Positions 1 to 7,328 of a DNA stretch of 53,220 nucleotides are shown piece by piece. This DNA comes from a virus. The DNA is taken from the IMG/VR virus record IMGVR_UViG_3300045988_099701, positions 1 through 53,220 of that record; one strand, written 5' to 3'. The translations under genes and the position numbers were made by a program. Under the pieces are notes generated by a model. That model did no database searches, was not told the origin of the DNA, and saw only the letters and a list, made by a program, of their open reading frames with translations. How positions within the stretch are numbered: position 1 is the stretch's first letter; every line of letters starts with the position of its first letter.

Positions 1-55
1 AACTGGGCGACGGGTGCAAACTGGGCGACGGGTGCGAACTGGGCAACAGGTGCGA
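1..55. repeat. 55-bp terminal overlap identical to 53166..53220 (circular or terminally redundant genome, unique length 53165 bp)
   Basis: First 55 nt and last 55 nt of the window read identically; the overlap lies inside an 18-bp tandem array. Confidence 0.9.
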
Positions 56-146
56 ACTGGGCAACAGGTGCGAACTGGGCGACGGGTGCAAACTGGGCGA
101 CGGGTGCAAACTGGGCGACGGGTGCGAACTGGGCAACGGGTGCGAT
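3..146 (+). repeat. 18-bp in-frame tandem repeat, 8 units (array continues from 53150..53220)
   Basis: Back-to-back units ctgggcgacgggtgc(a/g)aa and ctgggcaacaggtgcgaa; each encodes one hexapeptide LG(D/N)(G/R)C(K/E/D). Confidence 0.95.
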
Positions 147-374
147 GTTCCTAAATCGCTATTTATCAGCGCATCTCGTCATACAGTATCCTATTGGGGT
201 GAGGATGTTATTCAAATAGGATGCAAACGCTACACCATTTCCGAGTGGCAGAAGCATTTCCGAAAAATTGGCGAGGCCGAAGGCTATAGTACCGAGCAGA
301 TGGAGGAATACAAAGGGTATATAGACCTGATCGCTACCATGCACAAGACGTGGAAGGTCGGTGCCGCAGATTAA
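3..374 (+). CDS. hexapeptide-repeat protein, 3' part (5' part = 53048..53220 across the contig junction)
   Basis: Open frame from the window edge to TAA 372..374; (LGDGCK/E)n then [41 protein letters not shown]...; in frame with ATG 53048 once the 55-bp overlap is collapsed. Confidence 0.75.
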   Translation: MGDGCKLGDGCELGNRCELGNRCELGDGCKLGDGCKLGDGCELGNGCDVPKSLFISASRHTVSYWGEDVIQIGCKRYTISEWQKHFRKIGEAEGYSTEQMEEYKGYIDLIATMHKTWKVGAAD

Positions 375-452
375 GAAGCCCGCGCCGTGGCCGGGAGTTC
401 CGGGTGGAAGAGTTAATAGAGAACTAAACTTATAAACCAAAAATAAAATAGT

Positions 453-965
453 ATGGAAAATTTACTGCAATGCAAAGGTAAGAAATTCAAAGCCAATATC
501 CACAACATCCCAGTTGAAGGGCGTATTCAGGTATAGAAAGGGAGTATTTATCTATGCCAAGATGTGAGTAATGGATCCAGTTGCGAAGACAAATTAGGCT
601 TCAAATACAGTTGGCACATCGGGGATGGTAGCGAGGTGGCACTCACCAAAAACGACGTTTCAAATCTTTGTATCAGGCCTTCGACGAAAGAAGAGGCCGA
701 ATCTTTCAAGGATTGGCAGGTAGGGGATAAGCTTGTGAGCGGATCAAACATTTGGGAGGTGATTTTCCGTGCTGGAGAATTGGTCGTGTGCAAGATAGAG
801 AACGGCAATGCGACTTTCAATTACACTTGCGACGAGCTTTACAGATTAGGTTTTCGTCTTGTTTATGAACCTGATCCTGAATCTGAGATTGTCGAAGTGA
901 CGATGGATGAAATCGCCAAGATGAAAGGCATTCCGGTCGAGCGGCTTCACATCAAAAAGGAATAG
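453..965 (+). CDS. hypothetical protein; frame ATG 453 to stop 963..965 interrupted by one in-frame TAG at 534..536 (track ORF 564..965 uses a GTG start)
   Basis: 453, 534 and 564 share one frame; MENLLQCKGKKFKANIHNIPVEGRIQV*KGSIYLCQDVSNGSSCEDKLGF reads smoothly across the stop; no in-frame ATG in 537..563. Confidence 0.5.
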
Positions 966-972
966 CATCACG

Positions 973-1083
973 AGGTGTGTAGCTCAAAGGTAGAGCGGTG
1001 CAGGGATGCGAAATAGAAGCACAAAGGTTGAAATACCTCGCATTTCCGGGCGCAGGTTGCAGGTTCGAATCCTGCCGCACTTA
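973..1083 (+). tRNA. atypical 111-nt tRNA-like gene: canonical acceptor, D-arm, 5-nt variable loop and T-arm, but a 56-nt extended hairpin (998..1053) where the 17-nt anticodon arm should be
   Basis: Acceptor aggtgtg/cgcactt (2 G-U), D-arm gctc-aaaggta-gagc, T-arm gcagg-ttcgaat-cctgc, discriminator A. The insert folds as gtgc/gcgc plus gggatgcga/tcgcatttc. No 7-nt anticodon loop with U33 found. Confidence 0.5.
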
Positions 1084-1503
1084 CAAGATAGCCACCGCAT
1101 AGGTGAGGGGTTTGATTGCTGGCACTAACCCCGCTGCAAGGCAAAAGCGATCCGTTAGGCCGATAATAGCGTCATCGGCGGGCCGTGGGCAAGGCTCAAA
1201 GTGATAGCCCCGCAAAAGCAAATAGCCGAATGCGCGAAAGACTGGCATAGGCTTCGAGCTGCGATGATATGAGCGGCGAGAACCACCGGGATAAATCAAG
1301 CATTATTATGCCTGGTGTGGCTTGACCGCCTATCCAGGCTCTATGGCAGGCCTTGCGCACCGTTCTTTCAGCAGTGGGTTATTTCATTTTAGGCGCGAGG
1401 TCTGCATCTTGCCCGCGTGCGCTTTTCGGTGGCGCAGTTTTGAAATGGAGTTTAAAGTTACAGTGCGCGCGGCTTATTTGCAACACCTTAAAACAATTAT
1501 ACT
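1084..1503 (+). ncRNA. candidate structured non-coding RNA: unexplained ~420-nt GC-rich non-coding tract after the tRNA-like gene
   Basis: Only short overlapping ORFs of implausible composition in a gene-dense genome. Hairpins include ggggtt/aacccc 1107..1132, gccgat/atcggc 1159..1179 and terminator-like tgcgc-N9-gcgca+gtttt 1428..1451. Confidence 0.25.
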
Positions 1504-1800
1504 ATGGAGAAGAACACTTTGAGGAAGAGGAGATTTCTATGCTTCGACCTGACGCCCAGGTGGAAAATGTGGAAACGGATCGAAGACCTGGAGGCGCGGC
1601 TTGCTACATGCCTTTGCGAGCGCAATGAAGCGGATGGACGCCTTATCGAGCGGGAACACGAGGTATTGGCGCTCACTCAAGCACGTGATACCCTGTACAA
1701 GCGCATCGACGAACTGGAAGGCAGGCTCAGGAAATTCGACCGTATCCGAGGAAAAAGCGGCAAATACATCAAAGGCCATGAAACACGATCCGCAAAATAA
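1504..1800 (+). CDS. hypothetical coiled-coil protein (alternative start ATG 1567)
   Basis: Track ORF; ...MWKRIEDLEARL...ALTQARDTLYKRIDELEGRLRKF heptad-like sequence; overlaps the next gene by 23 nt. Confidence 0.5.
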   Translation: MEKNTLRKRRFLCFDLTPRWKMWKRIEDLEARLATCLCERNEADGRLIEREHEVLALTQARDTLYKRIDELEGRLRKFDRIRGKSGKYIKGHETRSAK

Positions 1801-2011
1801 AATTCTGGCCTATCTCAAGGCCGGCGGCAGGCTGACTGTTCGCAAGGCTGAGAGGCTGTACCACACAACGGAGCTGCGCCGGATCATCAGTCGGCTCCGG
1901 AAAATGGGATATTCCATTTGCTCGAACAAACAGAAGGCCGTTACGGAAGACGGGCGGCCGACACAGTTTAACGAGTACTATATGCCACAGGTCGCGGATT
2001 CCTGCCAATAG
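1778..2011 (+). CDS. small winged-helix/HTH-like DNA-binding protein
   Basis: ATG 1778 within track ORF 1601..2011; MKHDPQNKILAYLKAGGRLTVRKAERLYHTTELRRIISRLRKMGYSI resembles wHTH proteins. Confidence 0.55.
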   Translation: MKHDPQNKILAYLKAGGRLTVRKAERLYHTTELRRIISRLRKMGYSICSNKQKAVTEDGRPTQFNEYYMPQVADSCQ

Positions 2012-2136
2012 TCCGCAAATCGCATTTTAAGTTTGGTATTTGCCATTGGCCAGCTGTGAAGCCCGCGGATGGTGTGCCGCCAAGATCGAAGCCCTGCGCG
2101 GCAGCGTGGGCGAGTGGAGATGTCGGCGGTTTTTAT

Positions 2137-2208
2137 TGAGCTATGGTGTAATGGTTAACACACCGCCCTTTGGAGGCGGTACTCCCGGTTCGAATCCGGG
2201 TAGCTCAA
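2137..2208 (+). tRNA. tRNA-Gln (anticodon UUG)
   Basis: Cloverleaf read by hand: acceptor tgagcta/tagctca (U1-A72, typical of bacterial tRNA-Gln), D-arm gtgt-aatggtta-acac, anticodon arm ccgcc-ctTTGga-ggcgg, variable tact, T-arm cccgg-ttcgaat-ccggg; no encoded CCA. Confidence 0.85.
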
Positions 2209-2401
2209 CGGGGTTCTAACCCTAATGTTGTGAGTTTGATCGGGCGCTTGAGCGTCTGTCACAACGGAAGCTGACAGAGGGTATATCCCTCGACAATCCG
2301 AGGCTGCGTGAAGGAAGTAGCAAGGCCGAGGCGGGCTAAGCCCACGAAACGGGAGATAAAGAACGCAAATCGGCGGCGCGAAGCACAGTAACGCCGCCAC
2401 C
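2209..2401 (+). ncRNA. candidate structured RNA between tRNA-Gln and a terminator
   Basis: No ORF. Consecutive hairpins gttgtga/tcacaac 2227..2265, gaggg/ccctc 2277..2291 and ggcggcg/cgccgcc 2372..2398; the tract is bounded by intrinsic terminator 2402..2432. Confidence 0.25.
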
Positions 2402-2432
2402 GCGGGGGCAGTAAGAAGCCCCCGCTTCTTTT
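2402..2432 (+). terminator. rho-independent terminator
   Basis: gcgggggc-agtaagaa-gcccccgc (8-bp GC stem) followed by ttctttt. Confidence 0.7.
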
Positions 2433-2450
2433 GGATACAATCAAACGATC

Positions 2451-2615
2451 ATGAATAAATATCTTCAAGAGCTCAAAGACAAAGGACTGGTGCCTTTACG
2501 GCTCGACAACAACACGGTGCTTTGGGTTACACCCGACAAGGCCAATGAGAAGTACAAAACACGCTACCTCAAGAATGCCGAGAGGTCGCGGAGGATGGCA
2601 TTGAATTTAGATTAG
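2451..2615 (+). CDS. hypothetical small protein (54 aa)
   Basis: ATG 2451 to TAG 2613..2615, 2 nt before the methyltransferase ATG; MNKYLQELKDKGLVPLRLDNNTVLWVTPDKANEKYKTRYLKNAERSRRMALNLD. Confidence 0.45.
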   Translation: MNKYLQELKDKGLVPLRLDNNTVLWVTPDKANEKYKTRYLKNAERSRRMALNLD

Positions 2616-2617
2616 TT

Positions 2618-3892
2618 ATGAATTACGGATTACCTTATAAGGGTTCTAAGAATAGTATTGCGAAATGGGTTATTTCGAATCTTCCCGCGTCGCATACGTT
2701 CGTGGATTTGTTCGCCGGAGGATGTGCGGTAACTCACGCTGCCATATTGTCTGGTAAATTCGGACGTTTCATTGCAAACGATATTACGGAATATCCCCAA
2801 GTCTTCCGTGATGCCATCGATGGGAAATACCGGAATGAATGTCGATGGATCAGTCGGGAGGATTTCCTCCGTCTCAAAGATGACGACCCCTACGTGCGTC
2901 TTTGCTGGAGCTTTGGGAACGATATGAAGACATATATGTATGCTCCGGAGGTTGAGCGGTTCAAAAAACACATGCACGCGATATTTTCCGCGGGAACGCC
3001 CACGAGCGCGCGGTTGGCATGGAAAGGATTTGCCCGGGAATTTGCAAAAGTCCGTGATAAAATAGGAGAGCTGACGCAAAAGGTGCTGAAGTTGTGTGAG
3101 GAATGCGGCGTGACGCCGAAATATAATGCCGACGGCACATTGAATATAGAGGTGATGCATGCAGATATTTTTCGGGTCAAGTCAGCGGATTTGCGGGGGT
3201 ATTTACAGAATGCTCTGAAATTATCCGGTCTTACGCAAAAAGATGTCTATCGACACCTCGGAAATTATATGGGTAAGCATTATTTTAGCGAATCTCAATG
3301 GGCGTTGCCAACCTCAGAGCAATACGAGAAGTTGCAAGAAATTTTACCGGCGTTAACTATTCCGTGGGCGCCCTTAAACGAAAGTCTGCAAAGTCTGCAA
3401 AGACTGGAAAGACTGCAAAGACTGGAAAGACTGCAAAGTCTGGAAAGTCTGCAAAGTCTGCAAAGTCTGCAAAGTCTGCAAAGACTGGAAAGACTGCAAA
3501 GTCTGGAAAGACTGAAAAGACTGCAAAGTCTGGAAAGACTGAAAAGTCTGCAAAGTCTGGAAAGACTGAAACTGTCCCGAAAGGATTACAGCGATGTTGC
3601 TATACCGCCGGGCGCGACGGTATACTGCGACCCGCCGTATGCTAACACGTCGGGGTATATCGACGATTTCGACCATGAACGATTTTATAGATGGCTGCGC
3701 AGCATGGAATTCCCGGTGTTCGTTTCGGAATATTCCATGCCGGACGACTTTATATGCTTTGCGAGTATTGACAAAGCATGCACCTATTCATCATCAAAAA
3801 CGATAAAACGCGTAGAAAAGATGTTCGTACACGAGCGGTGGGCGGATGCTGTGAGGCGTCCGGATGATAATGTTCAGGGGCGGCTGTTCTAA
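2618..3892 (+). CDS. N6-adenine DNA methyltransferase, D12/Dam-like, with internal (S/R)L(Q/E/K) repeat linker
   Basis: N-terminal PYKGSK and DLFAGG (AdoMet motifs), C-terminal DPPY catalytic motif; 424 aa track ORF. Confidence 0.85.
   Translation: MNYGLPYKGSKNSIAKWVISNLPASHTFVDLFAGGCAVTHAAILSGKFGRFIANDITEYPQVFRDAIDGKYRNECRWISREDFLRLKDDDPYVRLCWSFGNDMKTYMYAPEVERFKKHMHAIFSAGTPTSARLAWKGFAREFAKVRDKIGELTQKVLKLCEECGVTPKYNADGTLNIEVMHADIFRVKSADLRGYLQNALKLSGLTQKDVYRHLGNYMGKHYFSESQWALPTSEQYEKLQEILPALTIPWAPLNESLQSLQRLERLQRLERLQSLESLQSLQSLQSLQRLERLQSLERLKRLQSLERLKSLQSLERLKLSRKDYSDVAIPPGATVYCDPPYANTSGYIDDFDHERFYRWLRSMEFPVFVSEYSMPDDFICFASIDKACTYSSSKTIKRVEKMFVHERWADAVRRPDDNVQGRLF
3383..3571 (+). repeat. 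9-bp in-frame tandem repeat x21 inside the methyltransferase gene
   Basis: (a/c)g(t/a)ctg(c/g/a)aa units read directly; encodes SLQ/RLE/RLQ/SLE/RLK x21 about 30 aa upstream of DPPY. Confidence 0.95.
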
Positions 3893-3979
3893 TCCTCCCT
3901 GCGTCGCAATAGTATTACCGCCATAGTAGTATTGTCGGCTGGCGTCCTATCTACGAATAACCCCTAAAAGTAAGAAATT

Positions 3980-4618
3980 ATGGATGACATTACCCGCGTC
4001 TGCCGCAAATGCGGGCAGGAAAAGCCGTTGGAAGAGTTTGCGAAGAATAAGGAATGCGTATTAGGTCATAGCCATATTTGCAAACAATGCAAGGCGGAGC
4101 AGTCCCGTAAGTGGCACGCAGCCAATTTCGAAAAGGCGCGGGAAAATAACCGTAAGTGGCACGCAGCCAATTTCGAAAAGGCGCGGGAAAAGCACCGTAA
4201 GTGGCGCGCCGCTAATCTCGAAAAGTGCCGGGAGTATGACCGCAAGTATTACGCGGCCAATTCCGAAAAGTGTCGGGAGTATGACCGCAAGTATTACGCA
4301 GCCAATTCCGAAAAGTGTCGGGAGTATGCCAGAAAGTATTACGCAGCTAATTCCGAAAAGGCGCGGGAAAAGCACCGTAAGTGGCGCGCCGCTAATCTCG
4401 AAAAGTACCGGGCGAATGCCAGCAAGTATTACGCAGCTAATCTCGAAATGTACCGGGCGTATGACCGAAAGAAACGCGAGAATCTGACTGACGGGTATTT
4501 AATGGATAAACTAAAGCGCTGCAACCTCCCCGTAACCCCCGAAACAATCGACTACAAACGTATTCAACTAAAGTTATACCGAGAAATCAAAAAACAACAA
4601 AACGATGAAAGAGATTAA
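3980..4618 (+). CDS. zinc-ribbon (CxxC...CxxC) protein with eight 15-aa repeats
   Basis: MDDITRVCRKCGQEKPLEEF...HICKQCKAEQ followed by RK(W/Y)(H/Y/R)AAN(F/L/S)EK(A/C)RE.. x8. Confidence 0.7.
   Translation: MDDITRVCRKCGQEKPLEEFAKNKECVLGHSHICKQCKAEQSRKWHAANFEKARENNRKWHAANFEKAREKHRKWRAANLEKCREYDRKYYAANSEKCREYDRKYYAANSEKCREYARKYYAANSEKAREKHRKWRAANLEKYRANASKYYAANLEMYRAYDRKKRENLTDGYLMDKLKRCNLPVTPETIDYKRIQLKLYREIKKQQNDERD
4106..4465 (+). repeat. 45-bp in-frame tandem repeat x8
   Basis: Units start at 4106, 4151, ...; 53-nt blocks 4174..4226 and 4354..4406 are identical. Confidence 0.9.
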
Positions 4619-4814
4619 GAACATCCGGGAATTGACGGCCGATTTGGGCCGCGTGTATGCAGAGCTTCGGGCACGAGAGATCGAGATCAAAGAGGCATCG
4701 GAGATTGCTAACATTGCGGGTAAGATCATCAACGGCGCAAAGGCTGAAATGATGTACCGAATCGCCCGTAAGGAGAAGCCGTCGATACCTTTTTTCGATG
4801 CCGATGGCAAATAA
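4605..4814 (+). CDS. hypothetical protein (69 aa)
   Basis: Track ORF overlapping the previous gene's end; charged helical sequence. Confidence 0.5.
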   Translation: MKEIKNIRELTADLGRVYAELRAREIEIKEASEIANIAGKIINGAKAEMMYRIARKEKPSIPFFDADGK

Positions 4815-4848
4815 TTTTGCAGATTCGAAATGATTTTCTATCTTTGCT

Positions 4849-5028
4849 GTTGCGACAGAACTACTTTACGTAGTCATTAGAAATATACGAACGTCTTTTG
4901 GGCGTGTTCCCGTTGCACTTCTACGCTACGTAGTTGTGGTTCTGTCGCAAGAATTAGGGGGCACGCCCTCTTTTTATACCATACATTAACCTAACTTGTG
5001 TTCAACAAATGCGACAGAACAACACAAG
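4849..5028. promoter_or_regulatory. intergenic repeat cluster: three copies of (T)GCGACAGAAC plus nested inverted repeats
   Basis: ttgcgacagaac 4850..4861, inverted copy gttctgtcgcaa 4939..4950, direct copy gcgacagaac 5011..5020. tacgtag palindromes follow both arms. acttgtgtt/aacacaagt flanks the third copy. Confidence 0.45.
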
Positions 5029-5287
5029 TGGTACCCGGGTAAATAACACCCAGACCACACCGCGCGCGAAGAAAAGCCGCACCGCATTCTACCGTTGCCA
5101 TCTGAAGGCCAACAAACCCCTATTTTCATCTGATAGGGTCGATTACACCAACGTTATCCGCGCCACGTGCGAGGAGCATGCTTTAGGCTGTTTCCTTGCT
5201 CAGTTCCGCGTGCTCTATCCCGCGTATGCTGTCGTTGTCGGCACCATACTCGTAAGCCGGGTATTCCCCTCCAAGTCCAACCGTTAA
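5009..5287 (+). CDS. hypothetical protein (92 aa)
   Basis: Track ORF; its start codon is embedded in the third GCGACAGAAC copy. Confidence 0.35.
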   Translation: MRQNNTSGTRVNNTQTTPRAKKSRTAFYRCHLKANKPLFSSDRVDYTNVIRATCEEHALGCFLAQFRVLYPAYAVVVGTILVSRVFPSKSNR

Positions 5288-5298
5288 AACAGGCCGCT

Positions 5299-5430
5299 AT
5301 GGCACATCTTATCACCTTGTTGGCGTTCATCGCGCCGATTGCCGTGGTATTCGGCTGGGTGCTATCCAATCAGCACCGCGCAAAGGAGATTGGAAAATTG
5401 CTAACCTCAATATTCGAAAGCCATGAATGA
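5299..5430 (+). CDS. small membrane protein (43 aa)
   Basis: ATG 5299 inside track ORF 5167..5430; MAHLITLLAFIAPIAVVFGWVL is a hydrophobic helix. Confidence 0.35.
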   Translation: MAHLITLLAFIAPIAVVFGWVLSNQHRAKEIGKLLTSIFESHE

Positions 5431-5596
5431 GTTTACGGAAATCACGGTTAAATGCGTGTGGACGACGATAAAGGGGCGCATTTGGCGAGCCCAATACCGC
5501 CTGCGGTCAAAGGCTGTCCGGATACAATCCAAGGCCATCTACCGGGCATTGAAGAACGAGAACAAGCCCCGTATTTACCGGGTTGAAATACGATAG
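5423..5596 (+). CDS. hypothetical basic protein (57 aa)
   Basis: ATG 5423 overlaps the previous stop (ATGAATGA); ends TAG 5594..5596, 3 nt before the next ATG. Confidence 0.35.
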   Translation: MNEFTEITVKCVWTTIKGRIWRAQYRLRSKAVRIQSKAIYRALKNENKPRIYRVEIR

Positions 5597-5599
5597 CCC

Positions 5600-6022
5600 A
5601 TGAACACGCAATATTACACGACAACCACGTCCCCGGTGCTGACGTTCGAAGAGTATCATGATATTCCGAGCGAACATATAACTGGCCAGCGGTCGACATT
5701 CTCCCAGAGGGCCAGAACGCTGATGGAGGTAGACCTAAAGTTGATTTATCGGGCTATCCGCGAAGCCATTCAGAAGGATATGCGCGGTGATGAAGACGGC
5801 CGGGTCTATTCGGTTGCATACAAAATCTATGACATTCAGGCGAGGCATCACTATATGCCTGTTTATGAACGCCGATACGATGTCTTCGCCGGATGTTTCG
5901 AGGAGGTGCAAACCGGGTGTGAAGACAGCATCGAGGTTATTAATGTCACCGATATTGACGGCCGGATATGGCCCGGGCATATGGCCCGGTTGAAAAATTA
6001 CGCAAAACGAAACAATTTATAA
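5600..6022 (+). CDS. hypothetical protein (140 aa)
   Basis: Track ORF, tightly packed with its neighbours. Confidence 0.55.
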   Translation: MNTQYYTTTTSPVLTFEEYHDIPSEHITGQRSTFSQRARTLMEVDLKLIYRAIREAIQKDMRGDEDGRVYSVAYKIYDIQARHHYMPVYERRYDVFAGCFEEVQTGCEDSIEVINVTDIDGRIWPGHMARLKNYAKRNNL

Positions 6023-6024
6023 CA

Positions 6025-6180
6025 ATGAGGACAATCATTGAAGTTGCCATTGGCAACATTACCATCTTTAGCGCGAAGTACTCACGACGTCTTGCGGATA
6101 AAGAAATCCATAAGGTTGTGCGTGAAGGGTGCATAGGCATCGACCGGAGCAAAGCCGTGATAACCATTAAATACGAGTAG
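6025..6180 (+). CDS. hypothetical protein (51 aa)
   Basis: ATG 6025, 2 nt after the previous stop, in the frame of track ORF 5968..6180. Confidence 0.4.
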   Translation: MRTIIEVAIGNITIFSAKYSRRLADKEIHKVVREGCIGIDRSKAVITIKYE

Positions 6181-6184
6181 GCTT

Positions 6185-6862
6185 ATGAAAGAGTTAATCG
6201 CTATCCAGTCGGAATTGAAAGCTCCCAAGGGGCAGTATAACAGTTTCGGGAAATACAAGTATCGGAGCTGCGAGGATATTCTCGAAGCAGTCAAACCGCT
6301 GCTCAAAGCGCATGAATGCGCGTTGAACCTTTGCGATGACATTGTCAATGTCGGCGATCGCTACTACGTGAAAGCCACGGCGCGCATCACCAACGCCTCC
6401 GGAGAATCGGCGACGGCCACTGCTTTTGCCCGTGAAGATTTCGACAAGAAAGGGATGGATGGGGCACAAATCACCGGTACAGCGTCGAGCTACGCTCGCA
6501 AATATGCCCTTAACGGGTTGTTTTGCATCGACGATACAAAAGATGCAGACACGGACGAGCGGCGAACCGAGAATACCAACCGGGTAGCTGCGCAAAGTGC
6601 AAAAACTGTACAATCCACTGAGACCCCGGCCAACGCTCCGGCACCTGCCCGCAAACGAATTACTATGGAACACCTGGATGACCCTATCACCTGCGATCAG
6701 CTGCTGAAATGGATGTACGGGGTTCTCACGACTGACAACTATGCCGCAGATTTTGACGCAGGGGCACGCCTGCTGAAATACCGCGACGCCGATGCCGAAG
6801 TCGTGGATCGCTTCTCGGCGCTCTTCGAATCATATCGTCAGGCACGCAAAAATGCAAAGTGA
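6185..6862 (+). CDS. erf: ERF-family single-strand annealing recombinase
   Basis: KAPKGQYNSFGKYKYRSCEDILEAVKPLLKAHE...TGTASSYARKYALNGLF resembles Erf proteins; sits in a recombination module with SSB. Confidence 0.75.
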   Translation: MKELIAIQSELKAPKGQYNSFGKYKYRSCEDILEAVKPLLKAHECALNLCDDIVNVGDRYYVKATARITNASGESATATAFAREDFDKKGMDGAQITGTASSYARKYALNGLFCIDDTKDADTDERRTENTNRVAAQSAKTVQSTETPANAPAPARKRITMEHLDDPITCDQLLKWMYGVLTTDNYAADFDAGARLLKYRDADAEVVDRFSALFESYRQARKNAK

Positions 6863-6863
6863 T

Positions 6864-7328
6864 ATGGAAGCACAGGTAATGTTGCTGCGGGAATCGACGC
6901 CCGCCGCCGAGCTGGCCGCCCGGGCTATCTCCTCGGTTGTAAACGGGGAGGTAGACCCGATCACGGCTCACATCAATATCAGCCGTATGGAGGCCGCCAT
7001 CAAGCTCTTCAAGGAGAACACCTACGTGCGCGACATCACGCTGCGGGAGCTTGCCAAATACGGCAAATCGCATCAGTTCGGAGACTGCCGACTGGAGGAG
7101 GCCGAATCGGGCGTAAAATACGACTATTCTATGTGCGGCGACAGCAAACTGCGAGATATGTATGAAACGCTTGAAGCTTTAAAAGTGGACATCAAAGAGC
7201 GGGAGATGATGCTGCGCAGTATGCCTGCATCGGGCTTGGCGGATCCGGAGACGGGGGAAGTGTTGTTCCCGCCCGCCAGGTCGAGCAAGACTATTATCAA
7301 GACTACTTTTAAAAAACCACTGCAATGA
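6864..7328 (+). CDS. hypothetical protein (154 aa)
   Basis: ATG 6864, 1 nt after the erf stop, in the frame of track ORF 6792..7328. Confidence 0.55.
   Translation: MEAQVMLLRESTPAAELAARAISSVVNGEVDPITAHINISRMEAAIKLFKENTYVRDITLRELAKYGKSHQFGDCRLEEAESGVKYDYSMCGDSKLRDMYETLEALKVDIKEREMMLRSMPASGLADPETGEVLFPPARSSKTIIKTTFKKPLQ

Noticed and set aside
3-146. Possible CRISPR arrays (regular short repeats at 3..146, 3383..3571 and 4106..4465)
   Set aside because: The repeats are contiguous with no spacers. They are in frame within ORFs and encode periodic peptides, so they are coding tandem repeats, not CRISPR.
159-440. 93-aa minus-strand ORF
   Set aside because: It is antisense to the 3' end of the hexapeptide-repeat gene, whose frame is supported by the repeat periodicity and the in-frame junction with 53048.
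1081-1628. ORFs 1081..1299 (-), 1322..1522 (+) and 1353..1628 (+) in the non-coding tract
   Set aside because: They are short, mutually overlapping, have Arg/Cys/Pro-rich implausible sequences and no coupling to neighbours. I treated the region as non-coding, at low confidence.
2137-2208. Suppressor tRNA that could explain the in-frame TAG and TAA codons
   Set aside because: The anticodon loop reads c-t-TTG-g-a, which is an ordinary tRNA-Gln(UUG). No CUA or UUA anticodon candidate is present here or in the tRNA-like gene at 973..1083.
3298-3676. ORFs 3298..3645 (+) and 3374..3676 (-) encoding KSAKTGKTAK / QSFQTLQ repeats
   Set aside because: They are alternative-frame readings of the 9-bp tandem array inside the methyltransferase gene. 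The same applies to 4061..4375 and 4236..4487 in the 45-bp array.
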